64,000 nt of DNA from Chrysomallon squamiferum (GCA_012295275.1 CM022667.1:9920001-9984000); one strand, 5' to 3'; counted from the first letter of the stretch, positions 14,361-29,971 are shown. Program-made: numbers and translations. The notes: a model not told the origin generated them from the letters alone.

Positions 14361-15671
14361 ATGATAAAACGGAAAAGTACGGTATTTCGTCTGGGATGGT
14401 GCTTTATTTTCGTAACCTTCGTCGTGTTTATCAAATACGTCTGTTTTGTGGTGGATAGAAACAGTATTACTCAAGTGTCTAAAAATGTGAGACTGTATTT
14501 AAAACCCTCAGAAACTTCCGCATTCCAAACAGGTCAAATTGAGCCAATATTCAGAGTGAACAGAAAATCAGCAGTAACAGATTCTCATTTCCAAGACGAA
14601 CACAAACAACAAAAACTAAACCACAAGGAAGTTTCAGCAGTGACATCGGCTGTAAACGACAGTAACAAAATAATTCTGTGGTATGTTAAAACAAGATACC
14701 AGCCTCCAATGGAAGGTTTGGTGCCTTTACAACACTGCCCGGAAATGAAATGCAGAATGACCTCCAACCGGAAGTACTTAAATCAAAGCTCCGCAGTCGT
14801 ATTTGCGGCGCAGCTCATTCGTGAAAAATATCCACCTAAAAAATGTCCTGGTCAAGTTTGGATATTTCACAATCATGAATCTCCTCTAGATAGTTGGTCA
14901 CAGTTACCAACTTTTAGATTACCACAGTGGAGGGGGAAATTCAACTGGACAATGGATTATCGAAAAGAGGCCGATATTCTTTCACCGTACGGAATTCTGA
15001 AAAAGCTACCTGCACGGAAGCAGCGGAACTACACGGAAATAGTGTCAAGAAAAAAGGGACTGATTTCGTGGATGGTGAGTCGGTGCTCATCGGAAAGTAA
15101 ACGTGAGATTTACGTTCGTAAACTTAAAAAATACACCCCAGTGATGGTATTTGGAGGGTGTCACGGTAAAAAGTGTCACCGAAATAAAGATGATAAGTGT
15201 TTATCAGAAATTGACAAGTACAAGTTTTATTTGGCTTTCGAGAACGGTTTCTGCCGCGATTACATAACAGAAAAATTCTACCTCTTTTTTTCCATCGACG
15301 TCGTTCCCGTTGTTCGGGGAGGCGGAAACTACACAGCCGAGATACCGAAAGGAACATACATCAACACAGCCGACTTCAAATCCGTCGAAGATCTTGCTAA
15401 GTATCTTACTTATCTAGATAAGAATGATGACAAGTACATTGAATATCTGAAACGCAAAGACGAGTATGAGTCTATTTATGAAGCATACAACATGAAGTCG
15501 AAAGATGGAAATGTGCATTACGTACATTATCATTACGAACACACGCCATTTTGTGACGTGTGCAAAAGTTTGTGGAACGTGAAAAACTTCACGAAAACGT
15601 ACAGTGACATTGGAGCGTGGTTCGATAGCGGTAGATGTTACAAACCTCCAGATTTAAATCAGATTAATTAA
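14361..15671 (+). CDS. Alpha-1,3-fucosyltransferase (GT10), copy 3, intact, 436 aa
   Basis: Full ORF with TM, HNHESP, FNWTMDYR and YKFYLAFENGFCRDYITEKF. The acceptor TTTCAG ends at 14335. Confidence 0.95.
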   Translation: MIKRKSTVFRLGWCFIFVTFVVFIKYVCFVVDRNSITQVSKNVRLYLKPSETSAFQTGQIEPIFRVNRKSAVTDSHFQDEHKQQKLNHKEVSAVTSAVNDSNKIILWYVKTRYQPPMEGLVPLQHCPEMKCRMTSNRKYLNQSSAVVFAAQLIREKYPPKKCPGQVWIFHNHESPLDSWSQLPTFRLPQWRGKFNWTMDYRKEADILSPYGILKKLPARKQRNYTEIVSRKKGLISWMVSRCSSESKREIYVRKLKKYTPVMVFGGCHGKKCHRNKDDKCLSEIDKYKFYLAFENGFCRDYITEKFYLFFSIDVVPVVRGGGNYTAEIPKGTYINTADFKSVEDLAKYLTYLDKNDDKYIEYLKRKDEYESIYEAYNMKSKDGNVHYVHYHYEHTPFCDVCKSLWNVKNFTKTYSDIGAWFDSGRCYKPPDLNQIN

Positions 15672-15872
15672 CAAATAGTTTGTAATTATCTTTTCATTCT
15701 GATCATGGAACTGAATTCAAACATTTTTTATTCTTAATTCTGTTTAAAGAAATTATTACAAACTATTTTATCCGGATTCCAAGATGTCTCAATTGTCGCC
15801 GTTGTGCATAGCTTAGTAAACTTCTCTAATTGACTGTTTCATAATTATACATGCACACAGACAGACAGATAG

Positions 15873-15906
<34 letters not shown>

Positions 15907-16131
15907 TCATACATACATAGATTCAAGTCTTCTCTAATTCTCTGTTTATAATTATTTCGATTTTTTTTTTTTTTTTTTTGACAAAGTGACTCATTTTGTT
16001 CTTTTTCTAACATTTAGGTATGATGTGTGCCAAATTTATATCGCTACTTATTTTTAAAAAAAATAAAAGTATTCTTGTAAATGAAATTCAGGGGTTTATT
16101 TTTCTTATTTTGTTTTATTTCATTTTTTATT

Positions 16132-16209
<78 letters not shown>

Positions 16210-16329
16210 AATAATTATTATTATTATTATTATTATTATTATTGTTATTCTTATTTTGATTTTACAAAATGTGACCATAAAAGTTGCAGCAGCCGAGAAA
16301 GCATTTATTTTTAAGTTTCAGATAGGAGT

Positions 16330-16580
<251 letters not shown>

Positions 16581-17521
16581 GTTATTGTGTTTATGGGTAT
16601 TTGTTTACATGTGTGAATGTGGTGTTTGAATATGTGTATATATAGGTGAGGTTCGGTGTCTAACATATATTATTTGCGTGACTACCTACTACTATGGTCC
16701 AGTTCGTTAATGTAGCATAAGCTGGGGGGGGGTGTAGTTACGTCTTTTTATTTCAAACTGAAAGCGTTTTGAAACTCTATGAACAGAATAATAGCAATTC
16801 TAATTCTTTTGTTTCTTTCTTTTTTTACTTCTTATTTATTTCATTTTATTTATTTATTTATTTATTTATTTACTTACTTATGTATTTATTTATTTATTTA
16901 CTTATTTATGTATTTATTTATTCATTTACTTATTTATGTATTTATTTATTTAATTTTTATTCATTCATTCATTCATTATATTATTATATTTTTTATTTTT
17001 ATTTTTATTTTTTTTAATTTTTTTTGAAATATTACAAAAAATATTTAAATTTAATTTATTACCAATACAAGCGATTTTCCATTCATACGTTAGAAATCTG
17101 TCTGAAAACGACGAATACAAACTGTTTGTAAATTTGAATCAAACTTTCAAGTCACTGTTAGCTTCTTCGGCTGCGAAAGAGTCCTCGACCTGCACATGTA
17201 ACACTGACTATTTTACCCAACCGATCTGACTTGCAGTTATGTGGTTAGTTTGTATCATCCAGTGGGAGAGAGAATAGTTAGCGTGCGGTCGATGAAGAGT
17301 GGGCAGAGTTACATAGCAACACGTACCTCACACATAAAATATTAATTAGTAATATCGATCTCTTAAAGTACTCGGTACAGCATATTCAGTAGACATTTCT
17401 AGCTTACTGTCACTTAACGATAATTTATATGTGCACTTTCTGGTATAGTTTTAGTTTTGAATTATGCATTATTAAGATGCAGTAGAAACCAATAATGAAC
17501 TCACTGGACAGGAAAGGTATG

Positions 17522-17642
<121 letters not shown>

Positions 17643-18235
17643 GCATGTAGATAGATAGATAAATAGATAGATAAATAGATATATAGATGGATAGCATACT
17701 GCTGTTACTTGGATGAAATCTGTTTACATGGTGAATTGTTTTTCAGAAAACATTTTCTGATAAAAGGGAATTCTGTATGGTGGTATCTGACTGTTACAAG
17801 CGTCATCTGCATTGTGTTTGCTTTACAGGTGTGTATTTCAGTTGAAAAGAAAGGTGTGCTATTTCGGTACAGTATTCGGTATTCACTGCCCATCACTGAT
17901 TATCCAGGACTGTAAAAAGTGGGACGGGTGAAATAAGTAAACAAAACAAAAATCTTGTTTGCAGTGATTCTAGGTTGTTTAATAAAGTTTATGTTCCAGG
18001 GATTTTTATATTGTGTCTCTTTTCTGGTGAAAGAAATGTAGAAGGGTACTAAATTAGCGATTAGCTAAATTAATTTTAAAAAAAATAAATAAATAAACTG
18101 TTATGTTCTTTTCTGAAATAATAGTATCGTATAGAGAATTTTCAACATAGAAGTGTCTTTTCTGTCAATTTTGATAATCTTAACTCAAGCAATGTTTTTT
18201 TGTTTTTTTCTTGTTCTTTTTTTTTTTTTCCTTGT

Positions 18236-18276
<41 letters not shown>

Positions 18277-19281
18277 TGTGTGTGTGTGTGTGTGAAAAAA
18301 CGAAAGAAAACGATTAATAGGTTAATGTCTGTCAAACAATGGTACTGTATAGGGTATGTTCTAACGTACGATAGGTTAGTGTAACTTTATATTCTAACTT
18401 ATTTTACTTATCTTTTTAACAAAACGATTAGTGCTGATGTTTCTGATTTAAACTACTGCAGTGTATACGACAGATATGTTGCCACATACACATATATTTG
18501 TGGAACATTTTATTTTGTAGATCTCTATTCACATAGCACATTCCGAAGTGATTTTGTTTATTTATCTATTAAAAAATAATAATACAACAAAAATTAATAA
18601 AAAAACGACGATTAATACTATTATGTTATTTAAAAATTGTTCTACTTATAGCATATGTTCCCACAAATCTTTCCATATCTATAGATTTTTATATTCTGTC
18701 TCTTTTCTGATAACACTAAAATGTTATTCTATAGTTTCACGTGGCAATTCCGTGGCTCATCTTTCTAATTAAAGATACTTTCTGTTTTATAAGTAGCTCT
18801 AGATATTCCTTTATGAAAGCCAGTCTTCTGATCTTATACATTCATTCATATGAGAACAGTAGATACATAACTGAGGGTAACAGAAAGAAAACAAACGGAC
18901 GCGTCTGACACCTTGTAAGAGATAACATTTAAATGTCTGTCAAATGAATAGTAATTTATTTATTTATTTATCTTCCATTTATTCTTCTGTCTTCTTTCAT
19001 CCATTCTTTGAGAGTATATGAGACTATTAAAAAAAACAAAAACACAAAAATCCCACGACTGTCACTTTATAAAAAATTAATATAGGAAAAAAATCCTTCA
19101 TGACTGTAATATGTATCACAAGACAAAACTAGAGATAAATAAAACATGATTTGTTGTTGTTGTTTGTTTCCAAATCACGAGATGCTTAATATTCCAGTTC
19201 ACAGATTCAATTCAATTATGACACAGTTATTCCTTCGCTTTTTTATTTTCTTTCAGGACTTGAAATATTTCGACGGCAGAA

Positions 19282-20592
19282 ATGATAAAACGGAAAAGTA
19301 CGGTATTTCGTCTGGGATGGTGCTTTATTTTCGTAACCTTCGTCGTGTTTATCAAATACGTCTGTTTTGTGGTGGATAGAAACAGTATTACTCAAGTGTC
19401 TAAAAATGTGAGACTGTATTTAAAACCCTCAGAAACTTCCGCATTCCAAACAGGTCAAATTGAGCCAATATTCAGAGTGAACAGAAAATCAGCAGTAACA
19501 GATTCTCATTTCCAAGACGAACACAAACAACAAAAACTAAACCACAAGGAAGTTTCAGCAGTGACATCGGCTGTAAACGACAGTAACAAAATAATTCTGT
19601 GGTATGTTAAAACAAGATACCAGCCTCCAATGGAAGGTTTGGTGCCTTTACAACACTGCCCGGAAATGAAATGCAGAATGACCTCCAACCGGAAGTACTT
19701 AAATCAAAGCTCCGCAGTCGTATTTGCGGCGCAGCTCATTCGTGAAAAATATCCACCTAAAAAATGTCCTGGTCAAGTTTGGATATTTCACAATCATGAA
19801 TCTCCTCTAGATGGTTGGTCACAGTTACCAACTTTTAGATTACCACAGTGGAGGGGGAAATTCAACTGGACAATGGATTATCGAAAAGAGGCCGATATTC
19901 TTTCACCGTACGGAATTCTGAAAAAGCTACCTGCACGGAAGCAGCGGAACTACACGGAAATAGTGTCAAGAAAAAAGGGACTGATTTCGTGGATGGTGAG
20001 TCGGTGCTCATCGGAAAGTAAACGTGAGATTTACGTTCGTAAACTTAAAAAATACACCCCAGTGACGGTATTTGGAGGATGTGACGGTAAAAAGTGTCAC
20101 CGAAATAAAGATGATGTATGTTTGTCAGAAATTAACCAGTACAAGTTCTATTTGGCTTTCGAAAACGGTTTCTGCCGCGATTACATAACAGAAAAATTCT
20201 ACCTTTTTTTTTCCATCGACGTCGTTCTCATTGTTCGGGGAGGCGGAAACTACACAGCCGATTTACCGAAAGGAACATACATCAACACAGCCGATTTCAA
20301 ATCCGTCGAAGATCTTGCCAAGTATCTTACTTACCTAGATAAGAATGATGACAAGTACATTGAATATCTGAAACGCAAAGACGAGTACGAGTCTATTTAT
20401 GAAGCATACAACATGAAGTCGAAAGATGGAAATGTGCATTACGTACATTATCATTACGAACACACGCCATTTTGTGACGTGTGCAAAAGACTTTTGGACG
20501 TGAAAAACTTCACGAAAACATACAGTGACATTGGAGCGTGGTTCGATAGTGGCAGATGTTACAAACCTCCAGATTTAAATCAGATTAATTAA
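19282..20592 (+). CDS. Alpha-1,3-fucosyltransferase (GT10), copy 4, intact, 436 aa
   Basis: Near-identical to copy 3 at an offset of 4921 nt, with the same motifs. The acceptor ends at 19256. Confidence 0.95.
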   Translation: MIKRKSTVFRLGWCFIFVTFVVFIKYVCFVVDRNSITQVSKNVRLYLKPSETSAFQTGQIEPIFRVNRKSAVTDSHFQDEHKQQKLNHKEVSAVTSAVNDSNKIILWYVKTRYQPPMEGLVPLQHCPEMKCRMTSNRKYLNQSSAVVFAAQLIREKYPPKKCPGQVWIFHNHESPLDGWSQLPTFRLPQWRGKFNWTMDYRKEADILSPYGILKKLPARKQRNYTEIVSRKKGLISWMVSRCSSESKREIYVRKLKKYTPVTVFGGCDGKKCHRNKDDVCLSEINQYKFYLAFENGFCRDYITEKFYLFFSIDVVLIVRGGGNYTADLPKGTYINTADFKSVEDLAKYLTYLDKNDDKYIEYLKRKDEYESIYEAYNMKSKDGNVHYVHYHYEHTPFCDVCKRLLDVKNFTKTYSDIGAWFDSGRCYKPPDLNQIN

Positions 20593-21007
20593 CAAATAGT
20601 TAATAATAGTCTTTTTATTCTTAGAATGGAACTCAATTCAAACATTTTTTATTCTTAATTCTGTTTAAAGAAATTATTACAAACTATTTTATCCGGATTC
20701 CAAGATGTCTCAATTGTCGCCGTTTTCAATAGCTTAGTAAACTTCTCTAATTAACAGTTTCATAATTATACATGCACACAGACAGATAGACATACATACA
20801 TACATATCTTCTTTAATTATCTGTTTATAATTAATAATTCGACTTTTTTTTTGTGGACAAAGTGACTCAGTTTGTTCTTTTTCTAACATTTAGGTATGAT
20901 GAGTGCCAAATTTATATCGCTACTTATTTTTTTTAAAAATAAAAATGTTCTTGTAAATGAAATTCAGGGGTTTATTTTTCTTATTTTGTTTTATTTCATT
21001 TTTTATT

Positions 21008-21073
<66 letters not shown>

Positions 21074-21177
21074 TATTATTATTATTATTATTGTTATTAT
21101 TATTTTGATTTTACAAAATGTGACCATAAAAGTTGCAGCAGCCGAGAAAGCATTTATTTTTAAGTTTCAGATAGGAG

Positions 21178-21275
<98 letters not shown>

Positions 21276-21664
21276 GTTATTGTGTTTATGGGTATTTGTT
21301 TACATGTGTGAATGTGGTGTTTGAATATGTGTATATATAGGTGAGCTTCGGTGTATAACGTATATTATTTGCGTGACTACCTACTACTATGGTCCACCTG
21401 GGTTTTTTAATTATCTATTAATGTTGTAACTATTACACCAAATATTGATTTTTGCAGACATCATTTTGCCGCCGTGAACTAAATGGTTTATTTAATTAAC
21501 ATCCAAATGTTTTTGAAATGCAAATATTTTATTACATTTTATTTGTTTTTCTTTTTGTTGACGAAAGCAGATGGCTAATATTTTCTGAACTGTTTTTATT
21601 TATTTATTTACTAGTACTACTACTGTCATTATTATTATTATTATTGTTGTTGTTGTTGTTGTTG

Positions 21665-21705
<41 letters not shown>

Positions 21706-23790
21706 TACCAGATAATTTCACAAATGATTTACTTTATTTTATTTTATTTTATTTATTTATTTAAATTATTTTGTTATTTTATTTTATTATTATTATTTTT
21801 TACTGAACTCCTCGCTTTGATTAATCAGAGATCTATTTCAGAAATAGACAATGTTTCAAAATGATGATCTAACACACAGCTGAACGTCTCGTAAAGGTTT
21901 TTTTGACTTCACTGACGTCCGAAGCGGAGGATTTCCTCTATTTACGTTCTTTCACACGTACGTCGACAACAAACGAGCGACAAGATTTCAGTTCACAAAC
22001 TTTCTGTCTCACAGCTACCTCGTTTCATTTTACTTTTACTTCACATTTATTTCTACTGTTTTTTTGTCGTACAGTAAGTTATTTATCAGATATTTAGTTT
22101 TTGTTTGTGGTTACACTACACGGTATGTTTATGTAAGCTAAGTGTTCAACTTAGACTATGACTGAAACGTGTCTGCGTTATTCACATCAATTCTTCATTG
22201 TACGCGTTCTTTTGTCCGTCGTGTGTTCATGGTACGTTTTCACCTCTACGACCGAGGACATCTGTAATAGATCTTGTTTAGATGTCGATAAAATAACTGT
22301 TTTCTTACAGTTTGAACACGACTGAGTCGTGCAAATGAAAAGAAATTTATAGTACATGTGAAAATGCTGTAAATATATTACTTCTTTCCAGACACTGTTA
22401 TATACATATATATATTTCCACATTGTCGCATGCACACATTCCGTCACACACATGCATACGTACTTATAAACAGACAGAGAAAGATACATGCTTACATCAA
22501 TCATACACAGAAATATATCTAGGTACCTTCCTACCTACTAAACTACTTAGATACATCCATAGATACATAAGCACATACATACGTATATATATACATAAAA
22601 AACATACATATATGTATATATATATACATACATACATAGAAGCATACCTACCTACCTACCTAGAAACCAACATAACAGCATGTCATGTGGATATCTATAG
22701 AGATATAGGAAAAGAGAGAGACAGAGAGTTCATTGCTGTTATATTGATGAAATCTGTTTACGCTGTGAATTGTTTTTCATACAACATGTCCTGATAGAAA
22801 GATATTCTAATTACAGACAGAAACATCTGCGAATAGGCGTCATCTGTATTTTGTTTGTTTTACAAATGTGTATGTCTGTTGAAAAGAAAGGTGCGTTATT
22901 AACTGTTACAGTGTGCAGTGTTTTTTAACCATCTCTTAGTGAAGTGGACGACTGGTGAGTAAAATATTCTTACTTGCAATGACTCCAACTCCTTAATGAA
23001 GCTTATTTGCCTGGACTTGCTAATTCTGTCTTCCTTCTGGTGAGAAAATGTCGATACATACTTAATTATCTTTTACCTAAATTAATTTTAAAAACCAAAT
23101 TAAGTTGCTATGTTTTTGTCAAACCACAGAAGTAGACAAGTATATTATATATCTGTACATTTTTTTAAATTGTTTCTCTTTTTGTGATACATTTAAATGT
23201 AAATCCATACTGTTATCGTTGCGGATGTTTCTAATTAAATACAGTTTTTGTTTTATAAATAGCTTTTGATATAACTGTGTATAAATACAAATAGTGCCGC
23301 ATATCACTCGTTCATTCATTCATTCATTCATTCATTTATTCATATGAGAACAATACAGGATAAGAGAAAGTAAAGAAAATGGAAAAGATAGCATAGAAAT
23401 ATTTGTCTTTTAAATATTAATTCATCTATTTATTTATGCTTCATTCATTCTTCTTTCTTTTTTCATTCATTGATCAGTTCATCATTCTCCTTTCATCTTC
23501 GTTCATTCTTTGAAAAGATTTAAGACTAATAAACAAAACGACTGTGATTTTATAAATATTAATATAAGAAACAAACTCAATCGTTTTAATATTAGAGATA
23601 AACAAAACATTAAGTTTCATGTGTTTGTTGTTGTTTCTGTCCGAATCACGAATATCCACAGATTTATAACAATTTTTTCTTCTTTTTTGTTTGTTTGTTT
23701 GTTTGTTTGTTATTGTTGTTGCTGTTTCTTTTGAAATCACGAATTGCTTAATTGTCCAATCCTCAGATTTGGAATATCTCGACGGCAGAA

Positions 23791-25100
23791 ATGATAAAAC
23801 GGAAAATTACTATTAGTCGTCTGAAATGGTGCTTTATTTTCGTAACCTTTATAGTGTTTATCAGATACGTCGTCTTTCTGCTGGATAGAAACAGTATTAC
23901 TCAAGAGTCTAAAAATGTGGGATTGTATTTAAAACCCTCAGAAACTTCCGCATTCCAAACAGGTCAAATTGAGCCAATATTCAGAATGAACGGAAAATCA
24001 GTAGTAACAGATTCTCATTTCCAAGACAGACACAAACAAGAAAAACTAAACCACAAGGAAGTTTCAGCAGTGACATCGGCTGTAAACGACAGTAACAAAA
24101 TAATTCTGTGGTATGTTAAAACAAGATACCAGCCTCCAATGGAAGGTTTGGTGCCTTTACAACACTGCCCGGAAATGAAATGCACAATGACATCCAACCG
24201 GAAGTACATAAACCAAAGCTCCGCAGTCGTATTTGCGGCGCAGCTCATTCGTGAAAAATATCCACCTAAAAATTTCCTGGTCAAGTTTGGATATTTCACA
24301 ATCATGAATCTCCTCTAGATGGTTGGTCACAGTTACCAACTTTTAGGTTACCACAGTGGAGGGGGAAATTCAACTGGACAATGGATTATCGAAAAGAGGC
24401 CGATATTCTTTCACCGTACGGAATTCTGAAAAAGCTACCTGCACGGAAGCAGCGGAACTACACGGAAATAGTGTCAAGAAAAAAGGGACTGATTTCGTGG
24501 ATGGTGAGTCGGTGCTCATCGGAAAGTAAACGTGAGATTTACGTTCGAAAACTTAAAAAATACACCCCAGTGATGGTATTTGGAGGATGTGACGGTAAAC
24601 ACTGTCACCGAAATAAAGAAGATGTATGTTTATTAGAAATTAACCAGTACAAGTTCTATCTGGCTTTCGAAAACGGCTTCTGCCCCGATTACATAACAGA
24701 AAAATTCTACCACTTTTTTTCCATCGACGTCGTTCTCATTGTTCGGGGAGGCGGAAACTACACAGCCGAGTTACCGAAAGGAACATACATCAACACAGCC
24801 GACTTCAAATCCGTCGAAGATCTTGTCAAGTATCTTACTTATCTAGACAAGAACGACGACAAGTACATTGAATATCTGAAACGCAAAGACGAGTATGAGT
24901 CTATTTATGAAGCGTACAACATTAAATCGAAAGGTGGAAATGTGCATTACGTACATTATCATTACGAACACACGCCATTTTGTGACGTGTGCAAAAGACT
25001 TTGGAACGTGAAAAACTTCACGAAAACGTACAGTGACATTGGAGCGTGGTTCGATAGTGGTAGATGTTACAAACCTCCTGATTTAAATCAGATTAATTAA
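23791..25100 (+). pseudogene. GT10 fucosyltransferase copy 5, single 1-nt frameshift
   Basis: Length is 1310 nt versus 1311 nt for copies 3/4. The only coding lesion is A5 instead of A6 at 24268-24272. Both halves (track ORFs 23752-24318 and 24381-25100) are otherwise open and colinear with the paralogs. Confidence 0.75.
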
Positions 25101-25731
25101 CAAATAGTTTGTAATTATCTTTTTATTCGTAGAATGGAACAGAATTTAAACATTTTTTAACAAAAAATTAAGTCTGTTTAGAGAAAATGCTTGGAAATTA
25201 TGATCCTACGAAATTTCACGTTTCACTTTACAGATTTTTAAGCAGCCTGACATTTTTCAGAATCGCACGTTTTCTAAAACAGAAACATTATTAAAATTTG
25301 TTCTCGCATGCAACTAATCAAAGTTTCAGATAAGTAAAACAAAACAAAAGTCTGACTTGGCTATCCCGCTTCACGTCATAAAACGGTGTAAACGAAATTT
25401 GTATCGCTTTGAATTAGTTCTCTTTAATTTGAAACAAAATATGAAATTTTACTGAATTAAATTTCTGTGGGGTTTTTTCTTTGGTTTTTAATTTAGATAT
25501 TTTTACTGTTTTGTTATTTGTTTCTTTCTTTCTTTGTTTTATTTTATTTTATTTTATTTTATTTTATTTTATTTTATTTGTTTATTATTTATTTTTGTTT
25601 TTAAAGAAAATGGCAAAAGCCATATGAGCTAATGTCTCTTTTATTCTCTCTGTGTGTGTGTGTGTGTGTTTATAATTTCTTGAATGTGTATGTACCTATT
25701 TGTATGTCACTATGAATGTTTATGCATATAT

Positions 25732-25825
<94 letters not shown>

Positions 25826-26182
25826 GTTCAACTGTATTTAACAGTTAATTCTAAAAGTCAGTTATGGGTAAATTTACTCTTTTATTCCTTTAATTCCTAC
25901 ACAGGCAAAATGTTGTCTGATAACGTGTGAATCAATGAAATATTTTTACTGTTATATTAAATATCGATTTTACAGTTATCTTTTTGTACATTTGAACATG
26001 CTTTTTTTCTGAATGAACAGCCTGTCAGGTAAAACTACAGAAATGTTATTCTTTAATTATTTTTTGCTTTTCATTAATACAATTTTACAATAACTGCTAA
26101 TTGTTTTGATCTCTACAGTTCTTTTTTAGCTAATGAAAGTACACCAGTGATGAAAGAATTTGGAATATTTATTTTAATTTTA

Positions 26183-26218
<36 letters not shown>

Positions 26219-26357
26219 TACTACTGCCGATCCGAACATTCCCGAATAACTGTTACGGTGATGACGTCATCAATGCTATTACGTTCCAATTTGTTTGTCC
26301 AGCTCGAAGCGTTTTTTCTGTATGAAAATGAAAATATTTTATTATTTTTTATTTTTT

Positions 26358-26391
<34 letters not shown>

Positions 26392-27699
26392 TTGTTTGTT
26401 TTTGTATTATTAATTAGGCAGTGAAATCAATAAACAATGTTACAAAAAAACTGCTCTGTCTAATAATATTAGTTATCTTGCATCCTCTGGTTTGTTCAGT
26501 TAAATGTTGCTTCAGAGTAATTGCTGTGATATTTCTTGCGTTTAACTGATAATTTTAGCATTTCAAAATAATGTTCACACCTTCCATTGCATTAACTTTC
26601 ATCTTGCTGAGTATAAGTTTTCTAACATATAAACCTATACTACTTTTGATTTTTAAAATCCTAATGCCTGAACAAACTATATATCCAATCTTATTAGAGT
26701 AGTTGTAATGAATATAGATGCAATTCATTTATACATATTTTTAAAGGCTTGTATTTTTAATTAGCTTTAGGGCTATTATTTATTGATTTATTTATTGATT
26801 AATTTATTTATCTGTGTATTTACTTACTTACTTACTTTTTTATTACTACTATTACTACCACTACTACTTCGACTACTATCACTTATACTACCACCACCAC
26901 TACAACTATTACTACGACTACTACCATTAATAATTTATTTATTTATTTATTTATTACTGCTGCTACTACTACTACTACTATTACTACTACTACGATTGTT
27001 ATTGTTATTGCTATTATTGTTATTATTATTACTATTATTATTTTCATTCATTCATTCATTCATTCATTCATTCATTCATTCATTTATTTATTTATTCATT
27101 TATTTATTTATTTATTTATTTATTCATTTATTCATTCATTTATTTATTCATTTATTTATTCAATATTCATATATTCATTTATTTATTTATTTGTTCTGGC
27201 TAACCTCTTCTGATTCACAGTTCTCATCTCGTTGTTAACAAAAAAAGGCGTCTTATAACTGCAGCGCAGAACTTACAAACAATCAGCTATGTCCACGTCC
27301 CGGGACTTTTATTATTCAACGTCCCGGTACTAAACAAAATAGATGTTGCGACTTCCCAGGCCGACACCCTTTGAAGAGGAGTCTACAATTATAAGCTATG
27401 TAGAAGATATACGATTAGCAGTTCACTCAGCCATAACTGGTATTGTTATAACGTGACAAACAAATGGACCGTAAACTGACAGTGGAAAAGTCCATAAAAC
27501 AATTTAAAACTAACAAAGTGGCAACAGCTGACAAAAGTGAAATGAACTGCATGGTGAAATCAGACCCTCGGTGTATAAGATATTTTCGTCTTTATCAACC
27601 CATGGGTTACAGTTTGTTGTTATAATTAGAATAATGAAGACAAGCTGAAACCAATATTTATATTATAATGAATAATTCTCCATTAAAGCTAGATGTATA

Positions 27700-27730
<31 letters not shown>

Positions 27731-27844
27731 GCGCGCGTGTGTGTATGCGCTTGTGGGTGTGTATCAAAACAAAGACAAAGAAACATATATATATAGTGAG
27801 AGAGATAGACAGATAGATAGATACATACATACATAATTATATAT

Positions 27845-27891
<47 letters not shown>

Positions 27892-28292
27892 TATAGATAG
27901 ACAGAAAGACAGCGACAGAGAGAGAAAGATGGAGGGAGGGGGAGAGGAAGAGACACATAGACAGACAAAGACACACACTGAGTTTCGTAAAGAAATTACT
28001 TTATCTAAAACAAGTTACATACCTCGTATTTAATTTACTGTGTACACACACACACATATATATTGACCATTTATCACTTTGAAAAAAAAAATAATTAAAA
28101 TTAAAACAAAAAAAATAAATGACAGATAAATAAATAAATAGATAGATAGACAGACAGACAGATAGACAGATAGATATACAGATAGAGAGAGAGAGATAGA
28201 AAAAGAGATAACTAAATAAATAAATAAAAATGGATAAGGATGTAAGCCCTTTCGCACTATTAGTAAATACTGTGGTAGTTTTATGTCGTATT

Positions 28293-28370
<78 letters not shown>

Positions 28371-29078
28371 ATTATTATTATTATTATTATTTCTTTTTCG
28401 GATGCAAACTATTGGATAAAAACCCTAAGATAACATTTAACTTTACTCAGGGTAATAACCATATATAAATAAATATAACATATATATTTCCGATTTTAAT
28501 TATTTATTTATTATAATATCATGTTTTTGTAGTAATTTGTAGTGCCACATAACGCATAATATAAATATGTATGTTAGTGTTCATAATATAGATAAATATT
28601 ATCAGACAGATTCTTTTGCACAATAATAATTTCACAGTATTTGGCAAGGGGAATAACTCTTTGATTTTTCTCAAATTCAATAGTACATGAATTATGGAAC
28701 CTTTTTTTTTTTTTTTAATTTTATTAAATTCTGACTGTGTGTACTGGCACGTATAACTAATAGGCATAAACCCAAAATATATCAAAACTTCAAAAAGTAT
28801 ATACTTCAAAACCAGTCAGTACATTTTTTTATTGACATTTTAAGGAAACAGGTAACAGTTTTAAGTACCTGGATGTAGGAGGGGAGAGAAAGGAATGAGG
28901 GTGTACAGAGAGGGAGATAAGGGGAGGGGGGCTGAAGAAGAACGGAACGCATAAGGATTTGGTTTTGCAGAATCTAGATTTAATGGGAGAAAGGTTTTAT
29001 ATGTACTTTTGCTTGAAACAATATTTTAAATAAACAACATACATATATATGCACGTGTATACAGATACACACGCACAC

Positions 29079-29115
<37 letters not shown>

Positions 29116-29117
<2 letters not shown>

Positions 29118-29312
29118 GTCTTGATCGTCGAACGGTAAGTCGACCGCCTTCGGAGTACGGGCGAATGGGTGTCATACGTTCGAGTCTCGTCAGCGGCATC
29201 TGACGGGTTTGTGAGGTCGTGATTGGAGTTTGTCCTCCTGCGCCAGTGCGTTCCCGAATATTGTCTATGTGCAGAGTCTATTCAGACGTAGATAAGACAG
29301 AGAATATTAAAA
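29116..29312 (+). mobile_element. tRNA-derived SINE-like element, copy A
   Basis: B-box GTTCGAGTC at 29178-29186. About 170 nt match the reverse complement of 35104-35302. Confidence 0.75.
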
Positions 29313-29971
29313 TACATCCTTTCATATATGCATACATACATGCATACATACGACATATGCATACATGCATACATACTACATACATACATATATATACACA
29401 CATATACACACACACATACACATACACACACACACAAACACACGTAAATACATTATTACATACATATCTGTAAGAGTAATTTCTATTCCTGTTGCCTCTG
29501 AGTTCACTAATGCCAACAGTTCGGGAATTCGTACAAACGGCTATAATTTATGTCATTATCGTTTGGCATGCATTTCTCTGTTACACAAGTTAATCTCATT
29601 ACCGAACAAATATATCAATTACCGGAGCTCGTGTCGCCATCAAAGGACTTTCCATTGGCTAATTCTGACCTTGACCTTGACACGTGATCCCACACTGAAT
29701 CCTGATCGTCTGCTCAAACAGAATAGGACGAGGGTCTTTTCATTCCGTGATTGCTCGATCCCGCGTTACATGTGTCAAACTGTTTACGAAAGTCCCGAAG
29801 TAAAATATGTAATTCCTTTTCGCGTCAGATTTTATCTCTTCAGTTAACAATCGCCGCTGAAACGAAGACGATGTGTGTTCTGGCTCGAATTTCAGTCTTG
29901 ACTTTACGGGACTGAAGACCAGTGGTTAGAATGTTGTCACTGATAAGAATACCATTGCCGATTAATGCAAC

